Notes under the pieces: model-generated
The model's database searches: none
What the model was told of the DNA's origin: nothing
What the model saw: the letters and a program-made list of their open reading frames with translations, nothing else
Source: a virus
DNA length: 64,000 nt
Virus record (IMG/VR): IMGVR_UViG_3300038318_000351
Direction: 5' to 3' (one strand)
Translations under genes and position numbers: made by a program
Part shown: piece by piece, positions 1 to 10,320 of the stretch
How the letters are laid out: the number at the start of each line of letters is the position of its first letter
Position numbering within the stretch: the stretch's first letter is position 1

Positions 1-1232
1 GAAATATGATCGGTGAATGATGTTTTTCCAAAGAAACTCTGTTTTTCTAAAGCTTTTATAATATCTTTTTTAACAATATTCAATTGGTATTCTGTATTTC
101 CCGCTACCGTAACAAGATCATAAAAGTTTTTCAATTGGGCAAATGACATATTTTCAGCATAAGAAATATGATCCGTAAATAATGCTTTTCCAAAAAAACT
201 CTGCTTATCCGAAGCCTTTAAGATATCTTTCTTTGCAACAATCAGCTGATGTATAACCTCTTCAAAAAGTTTATCTAGATGATAACGTTCTGTTAGCTCA
301 ATATATGGTGATAAATAGAAATCTGTATAGGATAACTTGATAAGTTTTAAATAATTCGTAATAATGCTTATTGTGTTTGTATTTGTAATGACATCTGGCG
401 GAGACATAATAAGAAAATCGAATCGATTTAATGCTTTATCACCCCTTATTTTTTCATCCCAGAAAGATTTATAATATCCTGAAGCCGAACGACGATCCAC
501 AATTTTGAATTGTCCTGCACCTACCAATGTATTCAGAGTGATATTTAAATTTCTCAATGTGGGTCCACCTAGCCCTACATACAAAAGAGTTTGCACGATA
601 TCGCGATATTCATTCTTCGTCAGTACTTCTTTATAAGGTGTATACACTTTTTTTCCGATGAGATTTTCTACTGCGTTATAATCAATAGCAATATTCGTTG
701 CTATCAATTTTCCATCATCCTTATAGTACTCGGAAATATTTCTAAGAAGATACACCTTGTTATCGTGAAATGCATAATCTACATTTTTTATCAAGTTTCT
801 CCCTTTTATCGTTTGCAAGTTAAAATCGATTACGGGATAATTTCTTTGATCTAAATTTCCGTCTCTTGTCGTTGAAAAATAGATATATTTTTTCTTCGTG
901 TCTAAAATTGCAACTTTGTCATTTATCGGCATAGTATCATTCCAGTATGCGATGCGCTCACCAAGAGTCAATCCGGATAAATTATATCCACTTACAATTT
1001 TAGCATCAATCAGAATCTCGCCCACATCGTAGATTGCGTCTCCCACCTGAATGAGCTGAATTGGCATATAGCTATATATGCCAATGTTAGGAATTACTAG
1101 ATTATCGGCGGTCTGATCAATCATGTCATACAGCAAATCAAATAGTTCAGTATAAATTTGCATTTGGGTCTCAAACTTATCTGATCCATAAGAAAATTCC
1201 TTGTAAAAATTATTTAGATCACTGATAGCCAT
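1..1232 (-). CDS. Baseplate/tail structural protein, partial (runs off the window start)
   Basis: Manual translation from ATG at 1232 (MAISDLNNFYKEFSYGSDKFETQ...), RBS-like GGCGGTG upstream; appears open to base 1; directly downstream of the baseplate-J-like gene. Missing from the ORF track because no stop is in the window. Confidence 0.6.
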   Translation of the reverse strand, partial: MAISDLNNFYKEFSYGSDKFETQMQIYTELFDLLYDMIDQTADNLVIPNIGIYSYMPIQLIQVGDAIYDVGEILIDAKIVSGYNLSGLTLGERIAYWNDTMPINDKVAILDTKKKYIYFSTTRDGNLDQRNYPVIDFNLQTIKGRNLIKNVDYAFHDNKVYLLRNISEYYKDDGKLIATNIAIDYNAVENLIGKKVYTPYKEVLTKNEYRDIVQTLLYVGLGGPTLRNLNITLNTLVGAGQFKIVDRRSASGYYKSFWDEKIRGDKALNRFDFLIMSPPDVITNTNTISIITNYLKLIKLSYTDFYLSPYIELTERYHLDKLFEEVIHQLIVAKKDILKASDKQSFFGKALFTDHISYAENMSFAQLKNFYDLVTVAGNTEYQLNIVKKDIIKALEKQSFFGKTSFTDHI

Positions 1233-1251
1233 AGTCTTTCACCGCCTTATT

Positions 1252-3003
1252 TTATATTTCTGTAACAGCAAATTTATTTAATACAGGATAAGCAATTTTT
1301 GGAATTGAAAACTGCGTTTCAGTATGCCTAGATTCCAAAGGGTCACTACTATCAGCAGCAATATAAAAGCTGTCAAAGGGTAATGCAATGTACTCAATGT
1401 AATCTTTTACATCGTCATCTGTAACTAGCCAAGTTACAATATCCGATTCTTCAATGCTGCTACCAAGTAATTTTGATTGAAAGAAATTGTTTACAGAAGC
1501 CTGTATCTTCGACAACTTAATTTTATCCAGAGAACATTCTACCTTTGGTTTTATCCGGAATGCAATATTTACCGGGACCGACTGCGCTTCTCTTGCCAAA
1601 ATGTCAGAAGTTACCAAACGGTATTCCTCCTTATCAAAAACAGCACCAATGCTATTTAATGTAAAATTGACAACGTAAGTAACTGTAATCGTATTTCCAT
1701 TCGGATAATTATTAAAAGCGATTAACCGAATTAAGCATTCTTCCTGGCTAGTACCCACTTCTCCACTCTTAATAATTTCGTAATGAGATGCAGGATCCTC
1801 AATAGCCTTACCCAAGTATTCTAAAGATAAAACTTCTTTTAATGGTATACTTAGTTGCGCTGTAGTATCGCCTACTGTGAAACGATCTGTCTGATTCACT
1901 GTTTTGCCAGTAGTATCAATATAGTCATATACAATATATATTTGGCTGTCAGAGTCAACCGAAAAACTTTGTTCGTTCGTATTATCTAAGACAACCGCCA
2001 TTTTCTCGCTGCCATTTAAAGCGTACTGTGTTTTTGAGAGGATAACCGGTGTTTTTGTGGCGTCTGTGTTGTTTAATACCGCAACGCTCTCAGCGACAAT
2101 CGAACTATAACCTTGTGTAAGAACAAAGAAATTCGTTTTCAAAGTTATTTCCGTCTTTTCGGTTATATAATTACACCCCTTAATATAAAGGTCTACCATG
2201 CCGCCTACGTGTTTATCTACATAAGTGCCTTGCTCTGTACTATATACTTGCATTATGTCTCTTGCCATAAATTCATCTTTGTAGCCTGAAACATATACAT
2301 CTTCAACCTCTTCAAAATTTTCTTTGATAAATGCTTTGTAACCCGGATCCGTCCCAAGTTGTCTTGAAATATAGTAATCCTTGATACGCGCTGCATACGC
2401 CGTATTCGTGGCCTTATCCTTACCGTTTTCAGCAGCTGTCATATTTGTAATACTAACAAGATTCGTATTAAATAATACAGTACAAGTAGTAATCGTATTA
2501 GGATCAACATTGTATTCCGTACCAATACTAATTGCTTCTACGGTCACCGGTAAATCATAATTTGCTGTAGATTGGTTATAATATGGCAGCATTTCTTCAT
2601 AATTAAACGAAAATCGTTGCGCTGTTTGAAACTGTAGACCGTCGCTTGTCTGAAAAATAATTCCCATAGGGATGACAATCGTTTCGCCTTCTATGACATT
2701 GGCAAAAGAAAGCGTAAGAATGGCAGTAGCTTTGGAACCCTGTTCTCTTTTAATAGAATAATTACCCTCACCAATTTCATCAAGCTCATCTTCCGTCATA
2801 AATTCGGCATTATCCAAATTCTGCATCATCTCATATGAATTAAGTTTTTGGAATATAGGTAGCAACAGCTCTACCATTGGTTTAATAAACATGTCATCAT
2901 AGGCTGAATTTTCCGTAAGATCAAGATTGGGATATTTTGCTTGGAGTCTGCTTATTACGAATCCGCGAACTAGCCCCTCAATATTCGTTACATTTACAAC
3001 CAT
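1252..3003 (-). CDS. Baseplate J-like wedge protein
   Basis: 583 aa; N-terminal pattern typical of baseplate J/gp47 (REQGSKATAIL...IPMGIIFQT...VEAISIGTEYNV...NG.D.....Y..RI); position in baseplate cluster. Confidence 0.8.
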   Translation of the reverse strand: MVVNVTNIEGLVRGFVISRLQAKYPNLDLTENSAYDDMFIKPMVELLLPIFQKLNSYEMMQNLDNAEFMTEDELDEIGEGNYSIKREQGSKATAILTLSFANVIEGETIVIPMGIIFQTSDGLQFQTAQRFSFNYEEMLPYYNQSTANYDLPVTVEAISIGTEYNVDPNTITTCTVLFNTNLVSITNMTAAENGKDKATNTAYAARIKDYYISRQLGTDPGYKAFIKENFEEVEDVYVSGYKDEFMARDIMQVYSTEQGTYVDKHVGGMVDLYIKGCNYITEKTEITLKTNFFVLTQGYSSIVAESVAVLNNTDATKTPVILSKTQYALNGSEKMAVVLDNTNEQSFSVDSDSQIYIVYDYIDTTGKTVNQTDRFTVGDTTAQLSIPLKEVLSLEYLGKAIEDPASHYEIIKSGEVGTSQEECLIRLIAFNNYPNGNTITVTYVVNFTLNSIGAVFDKEEYRLVTSDILAREAQSVPVNIAFRIKPKVECSLDKIKLSKIQASVNNFFQSKLLGSSIEESDIVTWLVTDDDVKDYIEYIALPFDSFYIAADSSDPLESRHTETQFSIPKIAYPVLNKFAVTEI

Positions 3004-3025
3004 AAAATCACCTTCCTAATTTTAT

Positions 3026-3781
3026 TTATATTCCAATCCCTACTTCACTTTGTACGCCACTTCTGCTAAAAAGAACGAGATCTACATATATACCTCCGGA
3101 GTCTTCATCATACTCAATCGAATCAATTGAAATATGATCTAATATTTCGTCATCTGCCAGTTGATTACCATCCAGCATGGAAGCCATTTGTAATTCTTTG
3201 TATCGGTCAGCAGCAGAATAAAGAATTGAAGTTATCTCAGAACATGTTTGATTAAGATTTGTAATAACCTGACCAGCATAATCAACGATCTTTGTTCCGT
3301 ACAAATTCTCTTCTGACTGGTAGGTAAATATCATTTTAATAAAATCCTGAACGATCTTATTCATCCCGGATAGTTCGCTTATATACATTTCTGATTGTGG
3401 CATTAAGTCTACATACCACCCATTGTTTAAACAACGTGGGCAATCTTCAGATTCGTATTCCTGGATATCAGGAATAGTATAGTAACATTCCAAGTAATAA
3501 GTTTCTCCGGCACCAGGGTGATTATCGCTAATCCATTTAATGAGATTTTTATTTACGATATTATAATCTGTACCCTGACGATAAAATCGATAATCGAGAT
3601 TATTTTCATTTATTACACTATAAATATTATAAACTTTTTCTATCATAATACCCATAGAAACTTCGTCATCACCCAGTGAAGTACCATGGGTCATCGTAAG
3701 CATTCCAAGTTTTTTCTGATAAGTTTCTATGATATGATTGCATACATGAACAATTTGTGGTGCTATCGTCAAGGAAATCAC
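3026..3781 (-). CDS. Baseplate wedge protein, gp25/gp46-like C-terminal domain
   Basis: HxCxH and CPRC motifs followed by a gp25-like segment (KIVQDFIKMIFT...YGT...I..I.Y); TTG at 3772 may be the true start. Confidence 0.55.
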   Translation of the reverse strand: MISLTIAPQIVHVCNHIIETYQKKLGMLTMTHGTSLGDDEVSMGIMIEKVYNIYSVINENNLDYRFYRQGTDYNIVNKNLIKWISDNHPGAGETYYLECYYTIPDIQEYESEDCPRCLNNGWYVDLMPQSEMYISELSGMNKIVQDFIKMIFTYQSEENLYGTKIVDYAGQVITNLNQTCSEITSILYSAADRYKELQMASMLDGNQLADDEILDHISIDSIEYDEDSGGIYVDLVLFSRSGVQSEVGIGI

Positions 3782-4530
3782 CCCTCTTCCTTAATAAAAC
3801 GAGTTAACTCATTTAAAATGTCTTTCTGACTATTATGTAATAATCCGTTCAACATCGTAACATTGCTCTCGCAGTAACGATCCCATATAAAAAATGCTAC
3901 ATGCATGACATCCTTTAAAAAATTAATTTGTTTCAATATATCTTTTAACTGATTAGAGCGATCCATCATCCCTTGCAAAACAAATTCATATTTATCGATG
4001 AAGGTAATTTCCGCAGATTTTGTAACTTGCGAAAATTCCGTTTTTGTCTTTGTAATATCCGAAATAATCGTAGTAAAGTGTGACTGAATAGTTTTCCCAG
4101 TCTTATATAAATTTATTTCGTCTATCTCGCTGTTGCCGCTGTTAAAGTTTTTCCCATACTGATTAGTTAAATCCAATTCTTCTCTCCGTAACTTATCATT
4201 ACCCTCATATATAATAGAGTGCACTTTGTTATATGCCTCTTCACCTATAATGTATTTTGGATTTTTCTTTTCCTGCAGCATCTTACAGAGAAAAACATTC
4301 AAACCTACGTCAGAAGATAAGGATAAGGCAGTCTCCATATCCTTAGTTACTTCTAATAATGCAGATAATGTAGCGGAAGATGCTAAATCCAAAAACTCTG
4401 ATACGCCGTACATATTATTAATATCAAACAAATGATGCATCGCCACTGCGTGAACAATGCACTTATCGATATATGTGTTTCCCTTAGCAATAATATTTTT
4501 AATCTTGTTCACGTCGTAATCACCTTTCAC
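3778..4530 (-). CDS. Hypothetical protein in baseplate module
   Basis: 250-aa ORF whose ends overlap both neighbours; no recognisable motif. Confidence 0.6.
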   Translation of the reverse strand: MKGDYDVNKIKNIIAKGNTYIDKCIVHAVAMHHLFDINNMYGVSEFLDLASSATLSALLEVTKDMETALSLSSDVGLNVFLCKMLQEKKNPKYIIGEEAYNKVHSIIYEGNDKLRREELDLTNQYGKNFNSGNSEIDEINLYKTGKTIQSHFTTIISDITKTKTEFSQVTKSAEITFIDKYEFVLQGMMDRSNQLKDILKQINFLKDVMHVAFFIWDRYCESNVTMLNGLLHNSQKDILNELTRFIKEEG

Positions 4531-5429
4531 TACATAATTCCAGCATCTTTCAACATTTGCTTAAATTTATCAACAACTTTTTTTGCTTCGTAATACGTCA
4601 TTCCATTATTAGTTGACGCCTGGTATAGACTGCTGGCTTTGTTATTTTTAAATTCCCCAATACCATAGAAATTACGGATAAATCTTCTCTCTGTTCTCGG
4701 AAGTTTATTGATAATAGATTCTATTCTCTGATCATTTAACTGAGATTCATACATCTCTTCCGGTGTCCGGTTATCAACATTGGAAATGTCAGATAGTGTA
4801 ATGTAGTCTGCTCCGTTGCTGCCATCACTCTGTCCAATTTGTACATTTCCAGACAGTTCACTTCTATCGAGTGCATCAATTCTTTTGATCTTATCTTCTG
4901 TTATGTTCCGTGCAGTCCTAAAATTATCTTTAATATAATGATATATTTCTGGCGAAGATGGATCTCTACCCAACTCCTGTTTAAGAAAATTTTTTGCCGT
5001 AGTCACAGTCTCATTTAATCTGGTAAGTTCATCAGATTTCCTAACCGCAAAATCTCTGTTACTATATTTTAATTTCGATAGTGCTTTTGGCAGCGCTCCG
5101 ATAATATAAGTATTCGGCTGAATTTTCTTGGTAAGATCATAATTTTTTTTGACGAGTTCACGGAACGCTTTGTTTGCTTCCTGCAAAGCTGTATCACGAT
5201 CCATGACAGAAGCAATTCCGGATTGTGATATGGAAGAATTAATAATTCCGCGGTAAGCGGATTGTAATTCTCTTAGTGCCATAAAATCATCAGTTTGCTG
5301 GTATCTACGAATCAGTTCACGCTCATGTTTTGCCTGTGGCGTCATTCCACTTTCCAAGTCTTCAATATCATTATTTTTTTTAGCAGCATATTTTTGTAGA
5401 ACCTCTTCCGCAAAAAGCATCTTATACAC
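4530..5429 (-). CDS. Phage sigma-70-family RNA polymerase sigma factor
   Basis: Region-2-like (ALRELQSAYRGII...DLTKKIQPNTYI), region 3 (KQELGRDPSSPEI), region 4 (INKLPRTERRFIRNFYGIG...YQAS..NGMT). Confidence 0.8.
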   Translation of the reverse strand: MYKMLFAEEVLQKYAAKKNNDIEDLESGMTPQAKHERELIRRYQQTDDFMALRELQSAYRGIINSSISQSGIASVMDRDTALQEANKAFRELVKKNYDLTKKIQPNTYIIGALPKALSKLKYSNRDFAVRKSDELTRLNETVTTAKNFLKQELGRDPSSPEIYHYIKDNFRTARNITEDKIKRIDALDRSELSGNVQIGQSDGSNGADYITLSDISNVDNRTPEEMYESQLNDQRIESIINKLPRTERRFIRNFYGIGEFKNNKASSLYQASTNNGMTYYEAKKVVDKFKQMLKDAGIM

Positions 5430-5484
5430 CTCGCTTTACAATTATCTTTCTGCTTCTCATTATACAGCAAAAATTTTTATACTT

Positions 5485-6723
5485 CTACTGTTTCTGGGTA
5501 AACTGTTTTATCATTTCTTCCATTTTTTCAGCAGAATAACCAAGTTTCAAGAGTAATTTGGACCTATTCTTCATTTTTATCTCAAAGCGTCCAGCGCCTT
5601 GATTATCAACGGTTTCGACGACACCGTATTTTCGATTTAGAGACAGTCTAACTGAATTCTTGGTCAAATATACTACCTCGCAATTTATAAGCCTTAAATT
5701 AGCCTCATTAGAATCAGCTTGTAGCAAGGTTATCGTTGGATTGTCATTTAAACCATGATTTATTACAATTTCTTCTTTTTTCTCCCATATTTCTGTCTGA
5801 CCATTTTCCGAAATGGAAAAAGAAAAGTTTAAATTTTCATCGGAATCAAATACTTGAATTCTGTAAATAATGAGTGAGCCGCCTGCGGAGTGTGCGAGGT
5901 CTTTTTCTGATAATTTTGAAATATCAATCCGATCCCTAATTTTTTTATTCGCAGCGCATCCCTCTTCTATCTTCATGTATAGTTTTCTTAGTTTACGATA
6001 ATTTTTATGAATTTTTTCTCTCAATTCGACCATCGCATCATCCGAGTAATTTTCTCTTAAGTTCTGAATGCTAACTAAGTACTCACATATTTTATCTTGC
6101 ATTTCTTGATTTTTTTGTAAAATTAGTTCTTCGTTAGCAGGGATATTAACATCATTAACATTATAAAACTTTTTAATATAAATGGGTCTCCGTTTTTCGT
6201 TATTTATTTGAACAAAATCAGAAAATTCCTCAACCTGGCCATTGTCACAATAATATCCGTTTATATAAGATTGTTTAACGCCATCTTCTCCAAAAATTTC
6301 AGTTGAACATAACTTTGACAAAAAAACATGATTCCCTGCCAAGTCCTGTTTATAGCTAGCGTTTTTTACATACTGTTCTAATTCCCCTGGGAGAATATTT
6401 CTTACGGTATAATTTTCAGATAAAGATAATCCCCCATAAACAAGTCTTCTTCCGTCAGAAGTTCCTATAAATAATGCAAGTGAATTTTCTTCTGGCGTAA
6501 TAATACTGCCTTGTTCTTCACTAAAGCTGTCAAACACTAACGGTAGGGATTCCATTAGTGTAGAAGTGTATGGGATATAGATATCTACTCGGAGATTATT
6601 GTATACCCTTGTAACAATGCAAGGTAGTATAACAGGAGCATTCTTAAAACCCGCATTGGCATACTGCCTTGCATTGTTCAGTCCTGAAAAAGGATTAAAT
6701 ACTGCAGCCATATAACTTAGCAC
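5485..6723 (-). CDS. Baseplate spike / gp45-gp5-like OB-fold protein
   Basis: N-terminal OB-fold pattern (CIVTRVYNNLRVDIYIP...QGSIITPEENSLALFIG); downstream of hub genes. Confidence 0.55.
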   Translation of the reverse strand: MLSYMAAVFNPFSGLNNARQYANAGFKNAPVILPCIVTRVYNNLRVDIYIPYTSTLMESLPLVFDSFSEEQGSIITPEENSLALFIGTSDGRRLVYGGLSLSENYTVRNILPGELEQYVKNASYKQDLAGNHVFLSKLCSTEIFGEDGVKQSYINGYYCDNGQVEEFSDFVQINNEKRRPIYIKKFYNVNDVNIPANEELILQKNQEMQDKICEYLVSIQNLRENYSDDAMVELREKIHKNYRKLRKLYMKIEEGCAANKKIRDRIDISKLSEKDLAHSAGGSLIIYRIQVFDSDENLNFSFSISENGQTEIWEKKEEIVINHGLNDNPTITLLQADSNEANLRLINCEVVYLTKNSVRLSLNRKYGVVETVDNQGAGRFEIKMKNRSKLLLKLGYSAEKMEEMIKQFTQKQ

Positions 6724-6738
6724 CTTCTTTTAATAAAT

Positions 6739-7620
6739 TTATACTTTTTCTAGTTTGGATCTAGTTTCCGGACCAACGATACCATCTTGCTTTATTTTTT
6801 GATCCTTTTGAAAACTAATTACCGCCAATCTTGTAACAGGACCAAAGTGTCCGTCTGCGCCCCACTTGCCAAGGTTATACCCTAAGTCCATAAGAAGCCT
6901 TTGTAACTCTGCTACGAAGCCACCTCTATCACCATACCGAATATTTCTTGGCCAACGATCCATATTTGGTTTTTTTATTTTGCCTTTATTGTCTGCTGTC
7001 TTCTTAGCAGGTTTAGTAACCTTCGTCTTCGAGTTTTTACTGCTAGACGATGATACTAATAATTGTTCGGTAATATACATTTTTTTCATTTCCTCTATCG
7101 ATCTATCAACAATCTCTCGAATCCCTTCTGCTCTTTTTTTTATAAGGTCAGGAGCATTTTTATAAGCATTATCTAAAGACGATTGAATTTCTTTCAGGGT
7201 ATATTCATTGGGAAATGTTAATGTCGCACCGGTTTTTATCTTAGTACCTGGATCATTAGAAAATGTAAATGTACTGTAATTATTTTTACCAGCAGATGCA
7301 TATGATGACGATTTTGTGGAGGCTTTTGACTTTGACTTAGACGACGAAGTTTTTGGCCCATTGTCATATATGTCTTTTATTTTATACCACAAAGATGCAT
7401 TCACCCTGCCGGTAATCGGAAGGCCTTGAGATGCTTGAAAACCATTCACCGATGCCTCTGTTCTCGAACCAAATCTTCCGTCAGATGGACCGCAGTTAAA
7501 ACCTATTGCATTAAGCATTGTCTGTAATTTTTCTACATCACTAGGATTTTGATTTTTATTTCCTCTATATAGATTAATACTAAATCCTCTGCCAACTTCA
7601 ATATCTGACATAAATGCCAT
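6739..7620 (-). CDS. Protein with two peptidoglycan-binding (PGBD) domains and a Ser/Lys-rich linker
   Basis: DVEKLQTML...DGRFGSRTEASVNGFQ at the N-terminus and VAELQRLL...ADGHFGPVTRLAVISFQ...DGIVGPET at the C-terminus. Confidence 0.85.
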   Translation of the reverse strand: MAFMSDIEVGRGFSINLYRGNKNQNPSDVEKLQTMLNAIGFNCGPSDGRFGSRTEASVNGFQASQGLPITGRVNASLWYKIKDIYDNGPKTSSSKSKSKASTKSSSYASAGKNNYSTFTFSNDPGTKIKTGATLTFPNEYTLKEIQSSLDNAYKNAPDLIKKRAEGIREIVDRSIEEMKKMYITEQLLVSSSSSKNSKTKVTKPAKKTADNKGKIKKPNMDRWPRNIRYGDRGGFVAELQRLLMDLGYNLGKWGADGHFGPVTRLAVISFQKDQKIKQDGIVGPETRSKLEKV

Positions 7621-7637
7621 GAGCGTACACCTCTCTT

Positions 7638-10307
7638 TTATCTTGACAATAGTTGTTTTTTTGTCTCAAATCCAACAATGCCATCTGGCCGTATGCTATA
7701 CGCACGTTGAAAATCTATTACCGCAGATTCTGTTGCCGGCCCAAACTTACCATCAATTTCCCCTTTGTAATAATTACCTAAAGATAAAATTTTTTGTAAT
7801 TCAATAACATATTTACCCTTGCTACCTCTGCGTAAAATACAAGTGCATTCACTTAAACTTGATGTACTTGATACAACTTTGCCCGAAAGAGCTGCTCTTG
7901 TTTTAGGGCCAACTTTACCATCTGGCGTAAGTCCTTTCTTACTCTTCTGAAATTGGATTACGGCTTTCATCGTATCAGGACCAAAGTGACTATCTGCGCC
8001 ATGCTCTCCGACATCGTACCCTAAACTAATAAGCAATGACTGTAACTGTCTAACATCCTCACCCTTGCATCCTCTCTGTAAAGTTCTGGTCCATTTACTT
8101 GGATCAACACTGTGATATCTGAAATCATCTTTCTCAGTGTTTGAGGCAGTAGCTTTTTTAATTTTAAAATCATTGCCATATAAATTTTTATAATATTTAG
8201 AGTGTGCAGCATCAATGTAATCTGCTCCGTAAGTGTCAACATTCATATGAAACTTAAACATAATATTTTTTATCTTAGAGTAATCAGCAGATTTCTTACC
8301 TACAATTTCACCAAAGTCTCCGTCAGATACACGATATCCATTTTGCATCTGATTTATAAAAATGTTTGATGGTTTACCTGGGTTTAACGAAGATATCGGA
8401 TCCTTATCATTTAAGAAACTATACAACGTGCGGCCCATAGTTAAACCTAAACTCATATATACTCCATTAGGATTGCCCTGGTAAGACATTGATGAGATAT
8501 AATAAACTCGGTCAACACCAATTGGATCTACCCATACATTAAATCCGATACGTAACCATGGCATTGCCACTATCTGCAACGTTGCGATATTAACAGCCGA
8601 ATTTAGATATTCCAGCATAAACTTCGAATAAGAAACTAAAACGTCAAATGCGGGCTGGCGGTTAGTAATAGTTGCGCCAGAAGTAGAGAATTTAATCATT
8701 GGCTGATTTATATTATAAATTGATGGACCGTATTTTTTCTCATAATCAGTAGGTAAGAGTAGAGCGTCGTCACCAATAGATAAATTATAATTCCCTTTCT
8801 GCGCGGGATTTTCCGTTGCACTTAGATATATAAAGGGATTCATCCATTTGTTATTTGTGCCTTTAACCCCTATGTGTAAATGTGGCCCTGTTGAGTTACC
8901 AGTATTCCCTGCATATCCTATAAGCGACATGTTGCTCACGCTGTCTCCTGGTTTTACGGCAAAAGCAGAGAAGTGAGCATAATATATTGTGCATCCTTTA
9001 AACGAGCCACTCGTAATTTCAATGACAACGTGTTTTCCCATTCCGCTGCTTCCGTGATCATTAGTAGCGACAACCACGCCATTGCTGCCAACATGGTATA
9101 CATGGTCACCAGTTTTCATACCAAAATCAACGCCATGATGGTCATCTAATACACCCCTTAAATGGCGCATACCGTATCCGGAAGTTATATAAAGATTATC
9201 TAAGTAAGTCCCTGTCACCGAGCCATTAACATCGGCCGGAGTAGAGTTACCAACGCCTCCACCGGCCGAACCCGTAGCAGAAGTAGAATAAGTACCATCT
9301 GTACGGTATACCGCAGTAGGAGTAATATACGACTTTGTCTTAATATCATAATTATCTTCGTACCATTCCAATCCGCCATTTGCAATAATCCTGGAATATT
9401 CAGCATCCCAGTTGATAGATTCCGAAAAGTTTATAATAAAGGAAGGATCTATTACATGATTTTTCAATACTGGCTCCGACCAAAATGGAGCTTTAATTCG
9501 AATCAGTCCATCTCTGTCCTGAAAGAACTCAAGCAAAACAGATTTAATAAGATCATTCATCATTACATAAATAGAGTTCATACAGGTAGCTTCAGCAGTA
9601 ACAATAAAATCCAACGGACTTTGTTCTTTGGTATACTTTGGATCAATGTCAGCCATGTGGACAACTCTGCCAAGAGGGTTGTCAAATACTGCTACCTCGG
9701 ATTGCGAATATAGCATATTGGCTTCCATCGTACGATCCGTGATCTCTTTCCACACCTGTTCAATGTTTTTACCCCTGAAATGAAGTTCTCTCCACTGATT
9801 AACAAGAGGAAGTTTATCAATATTAATTCCCTGTGCTTTCCACCGCAGACGGTCAGGAAACGTTAATTTATCCTCTTCTGGAATTGCTAATGGAACAATA
9901 GTCTTATTAAACCAAGTAATATAATCACTTGCAGAAAAGGTAATCCGCAGACCATCTCCTGTCCGGGATAAAGATTTTGACCTAATATTTCCATCAAAAA
10001 CGCAGCAATATTTACCACTAAACTGATTCTTTACAAAAATACGGAGATTAGTCATGTCATCAATTCCATCTCCTACTTCTGACGAATCTTCTATCTTAAC
10101 ATCACCAACTTTAATGTTAGAAACTTTTCCATGTTTACGATATAAATACGGTAAATATATCATCTCTAAACTTGCGGATCCTATTAGTCCGTCTACGGCG
10201 CTTTGTGCGGACCAGTTTGTAACAAACTGGTCCACGCGCACATTGTCAAAGAAAATCGCATATTCGGTTGTGCTAGAAATTGCTTTATCATAAATTGTTC
10301 CTGTCAA
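7638..10307 (-). CDS. Baseplate hub protein with M23 peptidase and two C-terminal PGBD domains
   Basis: Hub-like N- and C-parts (EFFQDRDGLIRIKAP; LRIGFNVWVD...YYISSMSY); M23 motifs HHGVD and GNTGNSTGPHLH intact; two PGBD repeats at the end. Confidence 0.8.
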   Translation of the reverse strand: MTGTIYDKAISSTTEYAIFFDNVRVDQFVTNWSAQSAVDGLIGSASLEMIYLPYLYRKHGKVSNIKVGDVKIEDSSEVGDGIDDMTNLRIFVKNQFSGKYCCVFDGNIRSKSLSRTGDGLRITFSASDYITWFNKTIVPLAIPEEDKLTFPDRLRWKAQGINIDKLPLVNQWRELHFRGKNIEQVWKEITDRTMEANMLYSQSEVAVFDNPLGRVVHMADIDPKYTKEQSPLDFIVTAEATCMNSIYVMMNDLIKSVLLEFFQDRDGLIRIKAPFWSEPVLKNHVIDPSFIINFSESINWDAEYSRIIANGGLEWYEDNYDIKTKSYITPTAVYRTDGTYSTSATGSAGGGVGNSTPADVNGSVTGTYLDNLYITSGYGMRHLRGVLDDHHGVDFGMKTGDHVYHVGSNGVVVATNDHGSSGMGKHVVIEITSGSFKGCTIYYAHFSAFAVKPGDSVSNMSLIGYAGNTGNSTGPHLHIGVKGTNNKWMNPFIYLSATENPAQKGNYNLSIGDDALLLPTDYEKKYGPSIYNINQPMIKFSTSGATITNRQPAFDVLVSYSKFMLEYLNSAVNIATLQIVAMPWLRIGFNVWVDPIGVDRVYYISSMSYQGNPNGVYMSLGLTMGRTLYSFLNDKDPISSLNPGKPSNIFINQMQNGYRVSDGDFGEIVGKKSADYSKIKNIMFKFHMNVDTYGADYIDAAHSKYYKNLYGNDFKIKKATASNTEKDDFRYHSVDPSKWTRTLQRGCKGEDVRQLQSLLISLGYDVGEHGADSHFGPDTMKAVIQFQKSKKGLTPDGKVGPKTRAALSGKVVSSTSSLSECTCILRRGSKGKYVIELQKILSLGNYYKGEIDGKFGPATESAVIDFQRAYSIRPDGIVGFETKKQLLSR

Positions 10308-10320
10308 TTCATTTCACCCC

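Noticed and set aside
591-854. 87-aa plus-strand ORF
   Set aside because: Antisense shadow of the truncated minus-strand gene 1-1232.
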